A stretch of DNA of 32,000 nt, taken from Vibrio cholerae ATCC 14035 (GTDB taxonomy: Bacteria; Pseudomonadota; Gammaproteobacteria; Enterobacterales; Vibrionaceae). Location: assembly GCF_000621645.1 (NCBI RefSeq), contig NZ_JHXR01000018.1:60001-92000 (forward strand), in the 5' to 3' direction. The position numbers were made by a program, and so were the translations under genes. Shown one piece after another: positions 1-9,503 of the stretch. The notes beneath the pieces were generated by a model. That model was not told the origin of the DNA and searched no databases. It was given only the letters and a program-made list of their open reading frames with translations. The stretch's first letter is position 1, and each line of letters opens with the position of its first letter.

Positions 1-748
1 TCAAGGCTTGCCGGATCTTCGCGTCTTAGTCGTGTTTGTGTTAGGGGTTTTTTTAATGCGCTCGGCTGGGTGTGTGATCAACGATTACGCCGACCGCCAT
101 GTCGATGGCCATGTGAAGCGCACGAGCCAACGTCCATTGCCCGCAGGGTTAGTTTCGGCCAAAGAAGCCTTACTGTTATTTGTTCTTCTTGCTGTCAGCT
201 CGTTCTTACTCGTGTTGACTATGAATACCCTAACTATCCAGCTCTCTTTTATCGGTATTCTGTTAGCCTTTGTTTACCCGTTTATGAAGCGCTTCACTCA
301 CCTGCCTCAACTGGTGCTTGGCCTCGCGTTCAGTTGGTCGATTCCTATGGCTTGGGCTGCTCAAGCAAATACGCTGACTCCACAAGTCTGGGTACTGTTT
401 TTGATTAATGCGTTATGGACGATTGCTTACGACACTCAATACGCCATGGTCGACCGAGATGATGATGTGAAAATTGGCATCAAATCGACCGCGATCTTAT
501 TCGGGCGTTGGGATAAACGCATCATTGGCCTACTGCAATTGGCCACTTTGAGTTTACTGGTCGCTCTAGGCCAAGGTTTAGCGCTTGGCACCAGTTACTA
601 CTGGGGTCTACTGATCGCAGCGGGGCTGTTTGCTTACCAACAACATTTGATCCGTTATCGCGAACGTATGCCTTGTTTTCAGGCGTTTTTAAATAACAAC
701 TATGTAGGAATGGCCATCACCGCAGGCATTCTGCTCAGCGTTTGGTAA
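1..748 (+). CDS. ubiA: 4-hydroxybenzoate polyprenyltransferase UbiA, 5'-partial (frame open to window edge; codon phase starts at nt 2)
   Basis: The translation is polytopic and hydrophobic. It carries the UbiA-family Asp-rich motifs '[14 protein letters not shown]' (NDxxDxxxD) and '[13 protein letters not shown]'. The ubiA / plsB / lexA neighbourhood matches E. coli. Confidence 0.9.
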   Translation, partial: QGLPDLRVLVVFVLGVFLMRSAGCVINDYADRHVDGHVKRTSQRPLPAGLVSAKEALLLFVLLAVSSFLLVLTMNTLTIQLSFIGILLAFVYPFMKRFTHLPQLVLGLAFSWSIPMAWAAQANTLTPQVWVLFLINALWTIAYDTQYAMVDRDDDVKIGIKSTAILFGRWDKRIIGLLQLATLSLLVALGQGLALGTSYYWGLLIAAGLFAYQQHLIRYRERMPCFQAFLNNNYVGMAITAGILLSVW

Positions 749-765
749 TCCCAGCTTAAGGCAAA

Positions 766-796
766 AGAAAAGGCATCCGCAGGATGCCTTTTTCAT
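766..796. terminator. Bidirectional rho-independent terminator between convergent ubiA and plsB
   Basis: A 9-bp stem pairs aaggcatcc (770-778) with ggatgcctt (782-790) around a 3-nt loop. It is flanked by an A-run on the left and a T-run on the right, so it works on both strands. Confidence 0.8.
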
Positions 797-823
797 TCGG
801 TTCGATTGGCTAGAACACAATCG

Positions 824-3250
824 TTACGCGTCAACCTGACACAAGCTTTCTTGAATCGTCATGCGCACTTCTGGGTAGATCAGCGCATAAAGCTGGCGAG
901 AGAGCGGCTTCGCTGTTTCTAATACGCAACGCCCCTGATCATCGAGATATCCCTGCTCTTGCAACGTCACGAATAGCGAAGCAAATACCCCTTTGTCAAA
1001 GAACTCAGGCGCATTAATGCCATGCAAACGACCAAGACGCTGCGCCACTTCCTGACTCTTCTCTTCCAGCTCTGCTTTACCCAAATGTGGGCAGCTCACC
1101 AGCAGGTTCAGCGCAATCGCATAACGCTGCAGTGTTTCGGAGATAATGCGCCCCAGCAGCATCAGCACTTGAGTTTGCGCTTGATTCAGGGTGACGGTTT
1201 TCCCTTCCACCGTGACCAAACCTTGGCGTGCTAGCTCTGCCACATAACGCAGTACCAGATCGTTGAGTTCTTCTGCCTCAAAACGCAAAAACAGCTCTTG
1301 TTTCAGGAAAGGATAGATTTGTGCAACGGTCGCTTGCACCTTTTCCAGCGATACGCTTTGCTGACGAATCAACAACTGAGCGATCAGCGATGGCAGAGCC
1401 AACAGGTGGATAATGTTGTTGCGATAATAAGTCATCAGGATCGATTGGTTGCGATCCAGCGAAATAATGTCGCCCATGGTATCGGTTTCCACCACAAACT
1501 TATCCAACGACTCCGCATGTTCAACCAGCTTTTCTGCACTCTCACTCGGCAGCGTTGATGTGGCTGAATACGGCACATTGCGCAGCAGCGATAAGTAACA
1601 ATCCACCTGCTTAATCAGGTTGTCACGCGCCAAGGCACGCTGACGGGAAGCCAGCAGCGCCGTCGCACACAAGGTCATCGCATTCACTGCCGCGGCATCG
1701 TTGATGTGTGTCATCATACGGGTCGCGAGTTTATTCACCGTTGGCGTCATCCATTGCGGCTTGCTCTCGCCCATCGGGTCAATATCTTGCGTCCATTGCG
1801 GTACGGTTTCATTCAAAAACTGGTTGAGTGGGATCGGCTCACCGAAGTTCACGTAACCTTGACCAAAATTGCGCAGCTTACGCAACGTGCGCAGCACTAA
1901 ACCCGCATTCTCTTTCTCTTTACGTTTGCCGCGTAACTCTTTGGCGTAAGTACCTACTTCCATCACATGCTCATAGCCGATGTAGACTGGGACCAAAGTC
2001 ACTGGACGATTCAGGCCACGCAACATAGCTTGAATGGTCATCGCCAACATGCCAGTTTTCGCTGGCAGCAAGCGACCGGTACGCGAGCGGCCACCTTCGC
2101 TGAAGTATTCCACCGAATAGCCTTTCGCAAACAACTCAGCAAGATATTCACGAAAAATCGTTGAATAAAGAGGCGCACCTTTAAAGCTGCGACGAATGAA
2201 GAACGCGCCGCCGCGGCGGAAAATCGGCCCGGCAGGGAAAAAGTTCAGGTTGATCCCAGCAGCAATATGCGGCGGCACCATGCCTTCATGATAAAGCACA
2301 TAAGAAAGCAGTAAGTAATCCATATGGCTACGGTGACAAGGCACGTAGACAATCTCATGGCCATCTTGCGCCAAGCGACGCACGGTGGCCGCGTTATTGA
2401 TGTTCAACCCTTGATAGATGCGGTTCCACAACCAACCTAAAATGCGATCGCCTTTTTTCACCAGCGAATAGGAAAAATCCGCCGCGATCTCATCCAGAAT
2501 GTCGTGCGCTTCTTTGCGCGCTTTCTCAAGCGGGATCTGTTTGGATTTCGCTTCGTCCGCAATCGCTTTTTCAATCGCAGGAGAGTTCATCAAGCGGGCA
2601 AACAGTTGTGCTCGCTGCGGCAAATTGGGGCCTGACGCCGCCAGTTTTTGCCGTGAGAAGTGAATGCGTGCTACACGAGCCAATTTGTGCGCGATCGAGG
2701 CATCAGTGCCGTGGGTATCCGCCATGTAACGCATCGACACCACAGGGCTAAAACGCACCAAGCAGTCACGGCCAGAAGCCAAAACGGCCAGCGCTTTCTC
2801 CGGACCATTCAACGCTTGCAAATAGGGTCTTTCTTGCCCTTCTTTGCCCGGTTTACGTCCCCACAAAACCGTTGCTGGAATCACCTGCACATCCAACTCA
2901 CTGTCGAGCTTATGTTCGGTCAGCAGCTCAGAAAACAGCGCAATAGAGTCACTCGGCACATGTTGATCGCTACTCAGCAGCGTTGGGCGCGAAGCAATAA
3001 ACACATAGCGCTGGAAAGCTTTGCCATTCAGCATCAAAGGCTCTAAAGGGTCAGGCAGCCCAGCTTCTTTGGCATGTGTTTGCAACGTCAGCAAGTCGAC
3101 GTTGGAGCGAAACGGTAAGGCGTAAATCACCGGTTTATGAGTATCGATATCCAGATCTTGGATCGGATTAGACGGAATCGCCGTCCCTTTCACCAGCACC
3201 GACATCGGCAACTTCAGTAGTGAACGGGATAATAGGTGTCCTGAAGACAT
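824..3250 (-). CDS. plsB: Glycerol-3-phosphate acyltransferase PlsB
   Basis: The ~810-aa translation is colinear with E. coli PlsB as I remember it and has the HX4D acyltransferase motif '[12 protein letters not shown]'. The ORF track starts at a TTG at 3259. The ATG at 3250 ('[21 protein letters not shown]') lines up with the E. coli N-terminus, so I prefer 3250. Confidence 0.93.
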
Positions 3251-3509
3251 AGAGTTCAAAGCCTCAAGATTCTTGAAATAAGCGCGACAGTACGTCTGCT
3301 TTCACGGCCAACGCGAGAGCTCACCATCGTGCGGTATCGTTTTTTGCGCGCCAAGAATACCAGAAACTGGTCAAACCTTTTAATTTAATTGCTTACATGC
3401 GCAGCATTTCCGAGTGAAATGGGAGGCAGCCATACCGTCTTTGAAGCCATTATGGAGGACGCAATCCAGTGGCTAACTTCACAATCACACAAAAAACAAG
3501 CAATTGGCT

Positions 3510-3537
3510 TTGCAATTCTCATTGCACTGGATATACT
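3510..3537 (+). promoter_or_regulatory. Candidate sigma70 promoter of lexA (TTGCAA - 16 nt - TATACT)
   Basis: The -35-like TTGCAA is at 3510-3515 and the -10-like TATACT at 3532-3537. The -10 element lies inside SOS box 1, as expected for an autoregulated lexA promoter. Confidence 0.55.
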
Positions 3538-3542
3538 CACAG
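3527..3542. promoter_or_regulatory. LexA operator (SOS box 1), CTGG-N8-ACAG
   Basis: The sequence CTGGATATACTCACAG lies 28 nt upstream of the lexA ATG. It differs from the CTGT-N8-ACAG core at one position and has an AT-rich spacer. Confidence 0.75.
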
Positions 3543-3546
3543 TCAA

Positions 3547-3562
3547 CTGTATAAAAAGACAG
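3547..3562. promoter_or_regulatory. LexA operator (SOS box 2), CTGT-N8-ACAG
   Basis: CTGTATAAAAAGACAG is a perfect core match 8 nt upstream of the lexA ATG. Tandem boxes are the classic lexA autoregulatory layout. Confidence 0.85.
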
Positions 3563-3569
3563 GTGACTC

Positions 3570-4199
3570 ATGAAGCCGTTAACCCCTCGCCAACAAGAAG
3601 TGTTTGATCTGATCAAAAGTAAGATCGATGAAACCGGAATGCCCCCAACCCGCGCCGAAATTGCTAAAGAGCTGGGTTTTCGTTCGGCCAATGCGGCTGA
3701 AGAACACCTCAAAGCACTGGCTCGTAAACAAGTGATTGAAATGGTGCCCGGAGCCTCACGCGGGATCCGCATCCTCGTCGATAACGCCGCAAACGAAGAA
3801 GAAGCCGAAACTGGCTTGCCTTTGATTGGCCGCGTTGCCGCGGGTGAACCGATTCTTGCTCAAGAGCATGTGGAAGCACACTACCAAGTCGATCCAAGCA
3901 TGTTCCGCCCGCAAGCCGATTTTCTGCTGCGTGTACATGGCGAAAGTATGAAGAACATCGGCATCCTCGATGGTGACTTACTTGCTGTGCACAAAACACA
4001 AGATGTACGCAACGGCCAAGTCGTGGTGGCGCGCGTAGAAGATGACGTCACGGTGAAACGTCTGGAACGCAAAGGTTCCAAAGTTTTCCTGCATGCGGAA
4101 AATGAAGAGTTTGCGCCAATCGAAGTCGATTTAGCCGCGCAATCGCTCACCATTGAAGGCATTGCAGTCGGCGTCATTCGCAACAGCACTTGGATGTAA
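3570..4199 (+). CDS. lexA: SOS repressor LexA
   Basis: The 209-aa translation has an N-terminal winged-helix region, the Ala-Gly self-cleavage site 'GRVAAGEP', the catalytic Ser in 'HGESMK' and the catalytic Lys in 'VTVKRL'. It is near-colinear with E. coli LexA. Confidence 0.97.
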
Positions 4200-4202
4200 G
4201 GA

Positions 4203-4240
4203 TTGTTGAGATAAATTCTCAACAACTTGCCTTCTTATTT
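4203..4240 (+). terminator. Hairpin plus T-rich tail downstream of lexA (possible partial terminator or attenuator)
   Basis: A perfect 9-bp stem pairs ttgttgaga (4203-4211) with tctcaacaa (4217-4225) around the loop taaat. It is followed by cttgccttcttattt. The stem is AT-rich and the T-tract is interrupted, so termination is probably leaky. Confidence 0.45.
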
Positions 4241-4277
4241 GAGATTCATTATCATCTTCCTATCCCAGCATAGGAAG

Positions 4278-5096
4278 ATGAGCATGCGCCACTCAGATTC
4301 ACCCACCTCAGACCCATACCAAGTTCCTGCGAATTTGGTTCAGCCACTTTGGCTGCGCAGCCGAGAAAGCTTGGTCGATAATGGCTTGGTGTATGATCCG
4401 ATTGCCGCCAATGCTTGTCGTCGTTGCGCTTTAGCGCAAGACTGCCTGACGGGCGATATCGCTCAAAAGCAGTTACTGCATGTCACGCTAACTCAGCTTT
4501 GTGACCAACAAGTTCGCCACTTTCTTGATACTCATCCTGATGGCTGGATCATTAATGTCGGTGCAGGCCTCGACACCCGTTTTTATCGAGTAGATAACGG
4601 CCGCTGCCACTGGATTGAGTGGGATATCACTGAAAACCTGTTATGGCGTGAGAAGCTATTTCACCGTAGTGAGCGCTATCAACTGGTGTGTGGTGATGTG
4701 ATGCAACCACAAGGACTTGCCGAACTGCCGATCCCTGAATTCGCTCCTGTGCTGTTGGTCTGTGAACATGCCTTGCTCGATTGCGATGCTCAGCAAGTGG
4801 CGCGTTTCGTGCGCTCTATCGGATTGCATTTTGCCAAAGCCAGCGCCTGCCTTGTGGTGGCGGGAGATAAAACCTCTAGCTATCTAGGCCAAAAACTGGG
4901 CTGTGAAGCTTATGCCCACGGGTTTACCTGCGCAGGTGATGCCATCATCAATTGCTTGCCGTGGGCGAAATCGGTACGCACATTTTCCCCACTGGATCGC
5001 CATTGTGATCGCTGGAAATTTTGGCAACGCGCGATTGCACGCTCCGGCATTTACAAAACACGCTTAACCCCTGTTGTTGTTAACCTAGATTGGTAA
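4278..5096 (+). CDS. Putative class I SAM-dependent methyltransferase (LCMT / TcmP-like, COG3315-type); substrate unknown
   Basis: The Gly-rich motif 'INVGAGLDTRFYR' matches the VxxGAGxDTRxxR signature of the leucine-carboxyl / polyketide O-methyltransferase-like family. The ORF-track start is a TTG at 4227. ATGs occur at 4278 and 4284, with AGGA at 4273-4276, and 4284 has the better spacing. The start is uncertain. Confidence 0.55.
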   Translation: MSMRHSDSPTSDPYQVPANLVQPLWLRSRESLVDNGLVYDPIAANACRRCALAQDCLTGDIAQKQLLHVTLTQLCDQQVRHFLDTHPDGWIINVGAGLDTRFYRVDNGRCHWIEWDITENLLWREKLFHRSERYQLVCGDVMQPQGLAELPIPEFAPVLLVCEHALLDCDAQQVARFVRSIGLHFAKASACLVVAGDKTSSYLGQKLGCEAYAHGFTCAGDAIINCLPWAKSVRTFSPLDRHCDRWKFWQRAIARSGIYKTRLTPVVVNLDW

Positions 5097-5166
5097 CCCG
5101 CCATCTCGGTCATGTCATAGCCCAACCATCCCCACTCAGTTACACTAACCACAAGTCGTTACTGAG

Positions 5167-6531
5167 GTGTTCTGTGTGTCACTGATTTTGCAAACGTTGA
5201 AACAACCAAATGTGCATCGCCAAGTGCTGGCGATCGCGCTGCCTATGGTGCTGTCTAACATTACCGTTCCACTGCTCGGCTTGGTCGATGCTGCGGTGAT
5301 CGGTCATCTCGAACACGCTTGGTATTTAGGCGGCGTGGCACTCGGCAGCACTATGATTAGCGTGACATTCTGGCTGCTCGGCTTTTTACGCATGTCGACC
5401 ACAGGCTTGACCGCCCAAGCGCACGGTGCGCAAAATTCACAGCAGCTTGCTCGAGTTTTACTGCAAGGCAGCGTCATTGCACTGGGTTTAGCCGCACTGT
5501 TTTTACTGTTTCATCGCCCTGTCGCCGAACTGATTTTTCACTTCAGCGATGCCAGCAGCGAAGTCAAAACCTACGCTGAAACATATTTCTACCTTCGTGC
5601 TTGGAGTGCTCCAGCCGCACTCCTTAACTTTGTGCTATTGGGCTGGTTACTCGGTACGCAAAATGCCCGCGCCCCGATGTGGATGGTGATCATTACCAAC
5701 CTGACCAATATTGTGCTCGATCTACTGTTGGTACTCGGGCTTGGGCTGAAAGTCGAAGGAGCCGCCATTGCGTCGGTTATCGCCGATTATGCTGGTCTCT
5801 TGTTTGGCCTCCTGTGCGTGGCGCGTTACTGGCGGCAGCATCAGCTCCCAGCCCCTTTCTCTTTCATCCCCTCTCTCAGCAAAGAGCTTTCCCGTTTAGT
5901 GGCGCTCAATCGTGACATCTTCCTCCGCTCACTCTGCCTGCAAGCCGTATTTAGCTTTATGACCTTTCAAGGCACAGCGTTAGGAGATGACATCGTCGCT
6001 GCTAATGCGGTGCTGATGAGCTTTTTGATGATGATTTCCTATGGCATGGATGGATTTGCCTACGCGATGGAAGCCATGGTCGGTAAAGCAATTGGTGCCA
6101 AGGATGATCGCCAACTGCGTACTGCCATGATTAGCAGTACCTTTTGGGCTACCATGATCTGTTTGCTGTTAAGCCTGATCTTCTTAGGTTTTGGATCGGA
6201 TCTGATCCAGATGATCACTAACATTCCGAGCGTTCAAGCAACGGCGGAACATTATCTGCCTTGGCTGGTCGCCATGCCATTAATCGCCGTGTGGTGTTTT
6301 CTATTGGATGGTGTGTTTATCGGCGCGACCAAAGGCAAAGAGATGCGAAATAGCATGGCTGTTTCGGCCGTAGCGTTCTTTGCCATTTACGGGTTCATGA
6401 CACACTACGGTAATCACGCTCTGTGGCTAGCCATGCTCAGCTTTATGGCACTGCGTGGTTTTACCTTAGGGGCTACCTTTTATACTCAATGGCGCGCGGG
6501 GACTTTTTTACCGGCTCGCTTTTCCATTTAA
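5167..6531 (+). CDS. dinF: MATE-family efflux protein DinF
   Basis: The 12-TM-type translation is colinear with E. coli DinF as remembered, for example 'LPMVLSNITVPLLGLVDAAVIGHL', 'LRMSTTGLTAQA' and 'LLDGVFIGATKGKEMRNSM'. It lies downstream of lexA as in E. coli. An alternative GTG start at 5176 has a better SD (GAGG at 5164-5167, 8-nt spacer). Confidence 0.88.
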   Translation: MFCVSLILQTLKQPNVHRQVLAIALPMVLSNITVPLLGLVDAAVIGHLEHAWYLGGVALGSTMISVTFWLLGFLRMSTTGLTAQAHGAQNSQQLARVLLQGSVIALGLAALFLLFHRPVAELIFHFSDASSEVKTYAETYFYLRAWSAPAALLNFVLLGWLLGTQNARAPMWMVIITNLTNIVLDLLLVLGLGLKVEGAAIASVIADYAGLLFGLLCVARYWRQHQLPAPFSFIPSLSKELSRLVALNRDIFLRSLCLQAVFSFMTFQGTALGDDIVAANAVLMSFLMMISYGMDGFAYAMEAMVGKAIGAKDDRQLRTAMISSTFWATMICLLLSLIFLGFGSDLIQMITNIPSVQATAEHYLPWLVAMPLIAVWCFLLDGVFIGATKGKEMRNSMAVSAVAFFAIYGFMTHYGNHALWLAMLSFMALRGFTLGATFYTQWRAGTFLPARFSI

Positions 6532-6636
6532 ACCACCTCCGATCGTTTAAGTAGCAGCTGTTTAGATATCGCCATCCCGAAACATAGCAAAGCCCGCTGG
6601 CAGGTAAAACACCGAGCCAGCAGGCGCTTACCTCAA

Positions 6637-7638
6637 CTAATCAAAAGGCTGAGGCTTAGGTGTATTATCGTTGGATGGCGGTAAAATGGGTAAAGCAAAG
6701 CTTGGTTGCTCTCCTGTTAAGGTATGCAAGAAAGCCACTATCTTACCGTTTTCATCATCGGTAAATTTACGCCCTAGCTGTAAACGCCCCATGATATCCA
6801 CAGCGTCTTTAAGCGTGGCCGCTTCTCCGTCATGGAAGTAGGGATACGTTAACGCCACATTGCGCAGTGTCGGGACTTTAAATTTAAAGCGATCGGCGTC
6901 AGCGCCGGTTACCGCACTGAGTCCTTCGACTTTATTGTTGGTTTGATACGGTTCAATCAAACCCATTTTTTGGAACGAATTGCCACCTAACGCACTGCCG
7001 TTATGACAAGCCACGCAGCCCGAGTTTTTAAACAATTCATAGCCTGCCAGCTCTTGAGCCGTTATCGCGCTATCATCCCCCATTAACCATTGGTCAAAAC
7101 GTGAGTATGGGGTCACTAAGGTCTTTTCAAACTCCGCAATCGCTTCAGTCACTTGATCGATATCGAGGGTTGGCTTACCAAACACTAGACGAAACTCACT
7201 CACGTAAGCTGGGATTGATTGCAACACATCAATGGCTAACGTATGCGTAAAAGCCATTTCACCCGGATTGGCAATCGGCCCACCCGCCTGCTCTTTCAGA
7301 TCGGCCGCTCGACCATCCCAAAATTGGGCGATATTCAAACTGGAATTGAGCACAGTCGGTGAGTTGATTGGACCTTGTTGCCAGTTATGACCGATGGACG
7401 TTTTTAAGTTATCACTGCCGCCCATGCTCAAGTTATGGCATGAGTTACACGAGATAAACCCTGACTTGGATAAGCGCGGATCAAAGTACAGTTTTTTACC
7501 CAACTCGGCTTTTCCAATGTGGATTTCCTGCGCAGGTAAAATGGGGGAAACAGGTTCGTTTCTTGGCGATGCCGCAAAAGCATACCCAGCGAGGGAGAGG
7601 GATATCGCTAAGCTCAGCGAGGTAAGAACGACTTTCAT
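6637..7638 (-). CDS. ccp: Di-haem cytochrome c peroxidase (periplasmic)
   Basis: The N-terminus looks like a signal peptide ('MKVVLTSLSLAISLSLAGYAFA'). There are two CxxCH haem-binding motifs ('CNSCH', 'CVACH') and bacterial CCP/MauG-family length and spacing. The SD AAGGAAG sits 5 nt before the ATG. Confidence 0.85.
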   Translation of the reverse strand: MKVVLTSLSLAISLSLAGYAFAASPRNEPVSPILPAQEIHIGKAELGKKLYFDPRLSKSGFISCNSCHNLSMGGSDNLKTSIGHNWQQGPINSPTVLNSSLNIAQFWDGRAADLKEQAGGPIANPGEMAFTHTLAIDVLQSIPAYVSEFRLVFGKPTLDIDQVTEAIAEFEKTLVTPYSRFDQWLMGDDSAITAQELAGYELFKNSGCVACHNGSALGGNSFQKMGLIEPYQTNNKVEGLSAVTGADADRFKFKVPTLRNVALTYPYFHDGEAATLKDAVDIMGRLQLGRKFTDDENGKIVAFLHTLTGEQPSFALPILPPSNDNTPKPQPFD

Positions 7639-7816
7639 AATGGCTTCCTTGTTTTATGTTATTGGTTTTATTGTGGCTTTACGTTGCTGACATGTGTTAC
7701 GGCTCCTGATGTGCAACTGAATCTATGCTCTAAGCGTTTACGAATCGCTTTAAATTAGAGCCTGCTTATATGAATAGTAGAAATTCGCCGCGGTGCGAAC
7801 ACTAACCAAGATAGAT

Positions 7817-7830
7817 TTGCTTTAAATCAA
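7817..7830. promoter_or_regulatory. FNR/CRP-family-like dyad TTGCT-N4-ATCAA upstream of ccp
   Basis: TTGCTTTAAATCAA matches the FNR consensus TTGAT-N4-ATCAA at 9 of 10 positions. It is centred about 185 nt upstream of the ccp ATG. I found no good -10 hexamer at class II spacing, so confidence is low. Confidence 0.3.
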
Positions 7831-7883
7831 AGATGGCGATGACAACATCATCAAAAAGCGAAGTCGGTCAAACTTTGTGCTGA

Positions 7884-7917
7884 TCCAAAAACAAAGGGCA
7901 CCGATAAGGTGCCCTTC
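7884..7917 (-). terminator. Rho-independent terminator of the tat operon
   Basis: A 9-bp GC-rich stem pairs aagggcacc (7894-7902) with ggtgccctt (7908-7916) around the loop gataa. On the minus strand it is followed by TTGTTTTTG, 33 nt past the tatC stop. Confidence 0.85.
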
Positions 7918-7949
7918 TTGACTTTACGCAGCGCTCAAAGCACGGCTCT

Positions 7950-8702
7950 TTATTCTTCTTCCTCTTGTCCTTCATCGGCTTCATCACGGGTATAAAAACG
8001 AGCGAAGAACAAACCAACTTCAAACAACAAGCACATAGGTATGGCGAGTAGCGTTTGCGAAATCATATCCGGCGGCGTCAGTAACATACCAACTACAAAC
8101 GCACCAACGATAATGTATGGACGCTTTTCCGATAGGCTTTTAGGCGTGGTTGCGCCCGTCCAGCACAGCAGAATGATCGCAACTGGCACTTCAAACGCGA
8201 TACCAAAGGCTAGAAACAGCGCCAATACAAAATCGAGATAACTCGCGATATCGGTCGCGAACTCCACACCACCGAGTGAAATGGCGGTGAAAAATCCAAA
8301 CACCAGCGGAAACACCACAAAATAGGCAAACGCGACACCGCAGTAAAACAGCAGCGAGCTAGAGACCAGCAGTGGGAAGATTAAACGCCGTTCGTGCTTA
8401 TATAAACCGGGAGCCACAAAAGCCCACACCTGATACAAAATGAAAGGCACCGCGAGAAACACCGCGGCAATCAACGTCAGTTTTAAAGGCGTGAAAAAGG
8501 GTGAAGCCACATCGGTCGCAATCATGGTTGCGCCCGCGGGAAGTCGCTCGACTAGGGGTTTTGAGACAAACTCGTAAATTTCATTCGAGAAATAGATCAA
8601 GCCAATAAATATCACCACCACAGCCGCCACCGCTTTGAGTAGGCGATTACGCAGTTCCAACAAATGGCTGATCAAAGGTTGGGTCTGTTCAACGGAAGAC
8701 AT
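7950..8702 (-). CDS. tatC: Twin-arginine translocase subunit TatC
   Basis: The 250-aa translation is a six-TM protein beginning '[14 protein letters not shown]', typical of TatC. It is the last gene of a tatA-tatB-tatC cluster. Confidence 0.93.
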   Translation of the reverse strand: MSSVEQTQPLISHLLELRNRLLKAVAAVVVIFIGLIYFSNEIYEFVSKPLVERLPAGATMIATDVASPFFTPLKLTLIAAVFLAVPFILYQVWAFVAPGLYKHERRLIFPLLVSSSLLFYCGVAFAYFVVFPLVFGFFTAISLGGVEFATDIASYLDFVLALFLAFGIAFEVPVAIILLCWTGATTPKSLSEKRPYIIVGAFVVGMLLTPPDMISQTLLAIPMCLLFEVGLFFARFYTRDEADEGQEEEE

Positions 8703-8790
8703 GCAAACCTCATGTAACAGATCAAAAAAGAGTTATCACATCAGTACTGAAACCTAGGATAACTCTTGATAAAGAGAGCTTAAAAAACGC

Positions 8791-9192
8791 TTATTCGGCC
8801 TTTTTTTCCGCCGGTTGCGACGCGCTATCGAGGCGAACATCGGGCTCTGTAGCCGAACTGGGGTTGCTACTGGTAGAGCTAGCTTCACTGCTCGGCGTTG
8901 CGGCGTAAGGACGCTGCACTTCCTGCGCGGCTTGCTTGAGTGATTCCACCGATTTTTGCAGTTCAGGAGATAAATTTTGCATCCCCATCTGCTCGGCTTT
9001 GCGCAGGTTTTCTTGCAACTCCTGCACTTTCAACTCATGCGCTAACTCATCCTTCACGCTATTGGCCATGCTTTTCGCTGCAGAGACAAACTTTGCCACG
9101 CTGCGAATCGCATGGGGTAATCGCTCAGGGCCAAGCACCACCAGCGCCACAATAGCGATCAATACCAGTTCCCAAAAACCGATATCAAACAC
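8791..9192 (-). CDS. tatB: Twin-arginine translocase subunit TatB
   Basis: The N-terminus '[26 protein letters not shown]' shows the TatA/B-family TM segment, hinge and amphipathic helix, followed by an acidic/Ser-rich tail. It starts 3 nt after tatA. Confidence 0.9.
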   Translation of the reverse strand: MFDIGFWELVLIAIVALVVLGPERLPHAIRSVAKFVSAAKSMANSVKDELAHELKVQELQENLRKAEQMGMQNLSPELQKSVESLKQAAQEVQRPYAATPSSEASSTSSNPSSATEPDVRLDSASQPAEKKAE

Positions 9193-9195
9193 GAC

Positions 9196-9444
9196 TTATG
9201 CCTGCTCTTTGTCTTTTTTCACTTCAGCAGACGCATTGGTTTTGGCCTGCTCAAGATTTTTGGTTTCGAAGTCAGCATCTTTCTGATTTGCTGCGCTGTT
9301 TGACTCTTCTTCCGACATGGCTTTCTTAAAGCCTTTGACCGCGCTGCCCAAATCACTGCCAATACCACGCAGTTTCTTAGTGCCAAACAGCAATACCACG
9401 ATCACTGCAATGATAAGAAGTTGCCAAATACTGATACCACCCAT
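9196..9444 (-). CDS. tatA: Twin-arginine translocase subunit TatA
   Basis: '[33 protein letters not shown]' is the canonical TatA N-terminus. The product is 82 aa. Confidence 0.92.
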   Translation of the reverse strand: MGGISIWQLLIIAVIVVLLFGTKKLRGIGSDLGSAVKGFKKAMSEEESNSAANQKDADFETKNLEQAKTNASAEVKKDKEQA

Positions 9445-9503
9445 CTCTTTTACCTCGGGTTATGTGTGAACAAATCTTCGAACTTATCGACGCGACAAGG
9501 CGC

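Noticed and set aside
3389-3607. A 72-aa ORF lies in the plsB-lexA spacer and runs across the lexA promoter, both SOS boxes and the lexA start codon.
   Set aside because: It has no ribosome-binding site, overlaps clearly functional regulatory DNA and the lexA start, and its sequence has no recognisable features. The 310-nt spacer, which holds dgkA in E. coli, otherwise showed me nothing beyond the lexA promoter.
4235-4253. A Fur-box-like AT-rich string, TTATTTGAGATTCATTATC, lies upstream of the methyltransferase-like gene.
   Set aside because: It matches the 19-bp Fur consensus GATAATGATAATCATTATC at only 12 of 19 positions, all concentrated in one half. This is not distinguishable from generic AT-rich spacer sequence.
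6592-6625. An imperfect hairpin lies between the convergent dinF and ccp genes and could be a terminator.
   Set aside because: It has only a 6-bp stem plus 3 further pairs beyond a mismatch, a 14-nt loop, and no U-tract on either strand. That is too weak to call.
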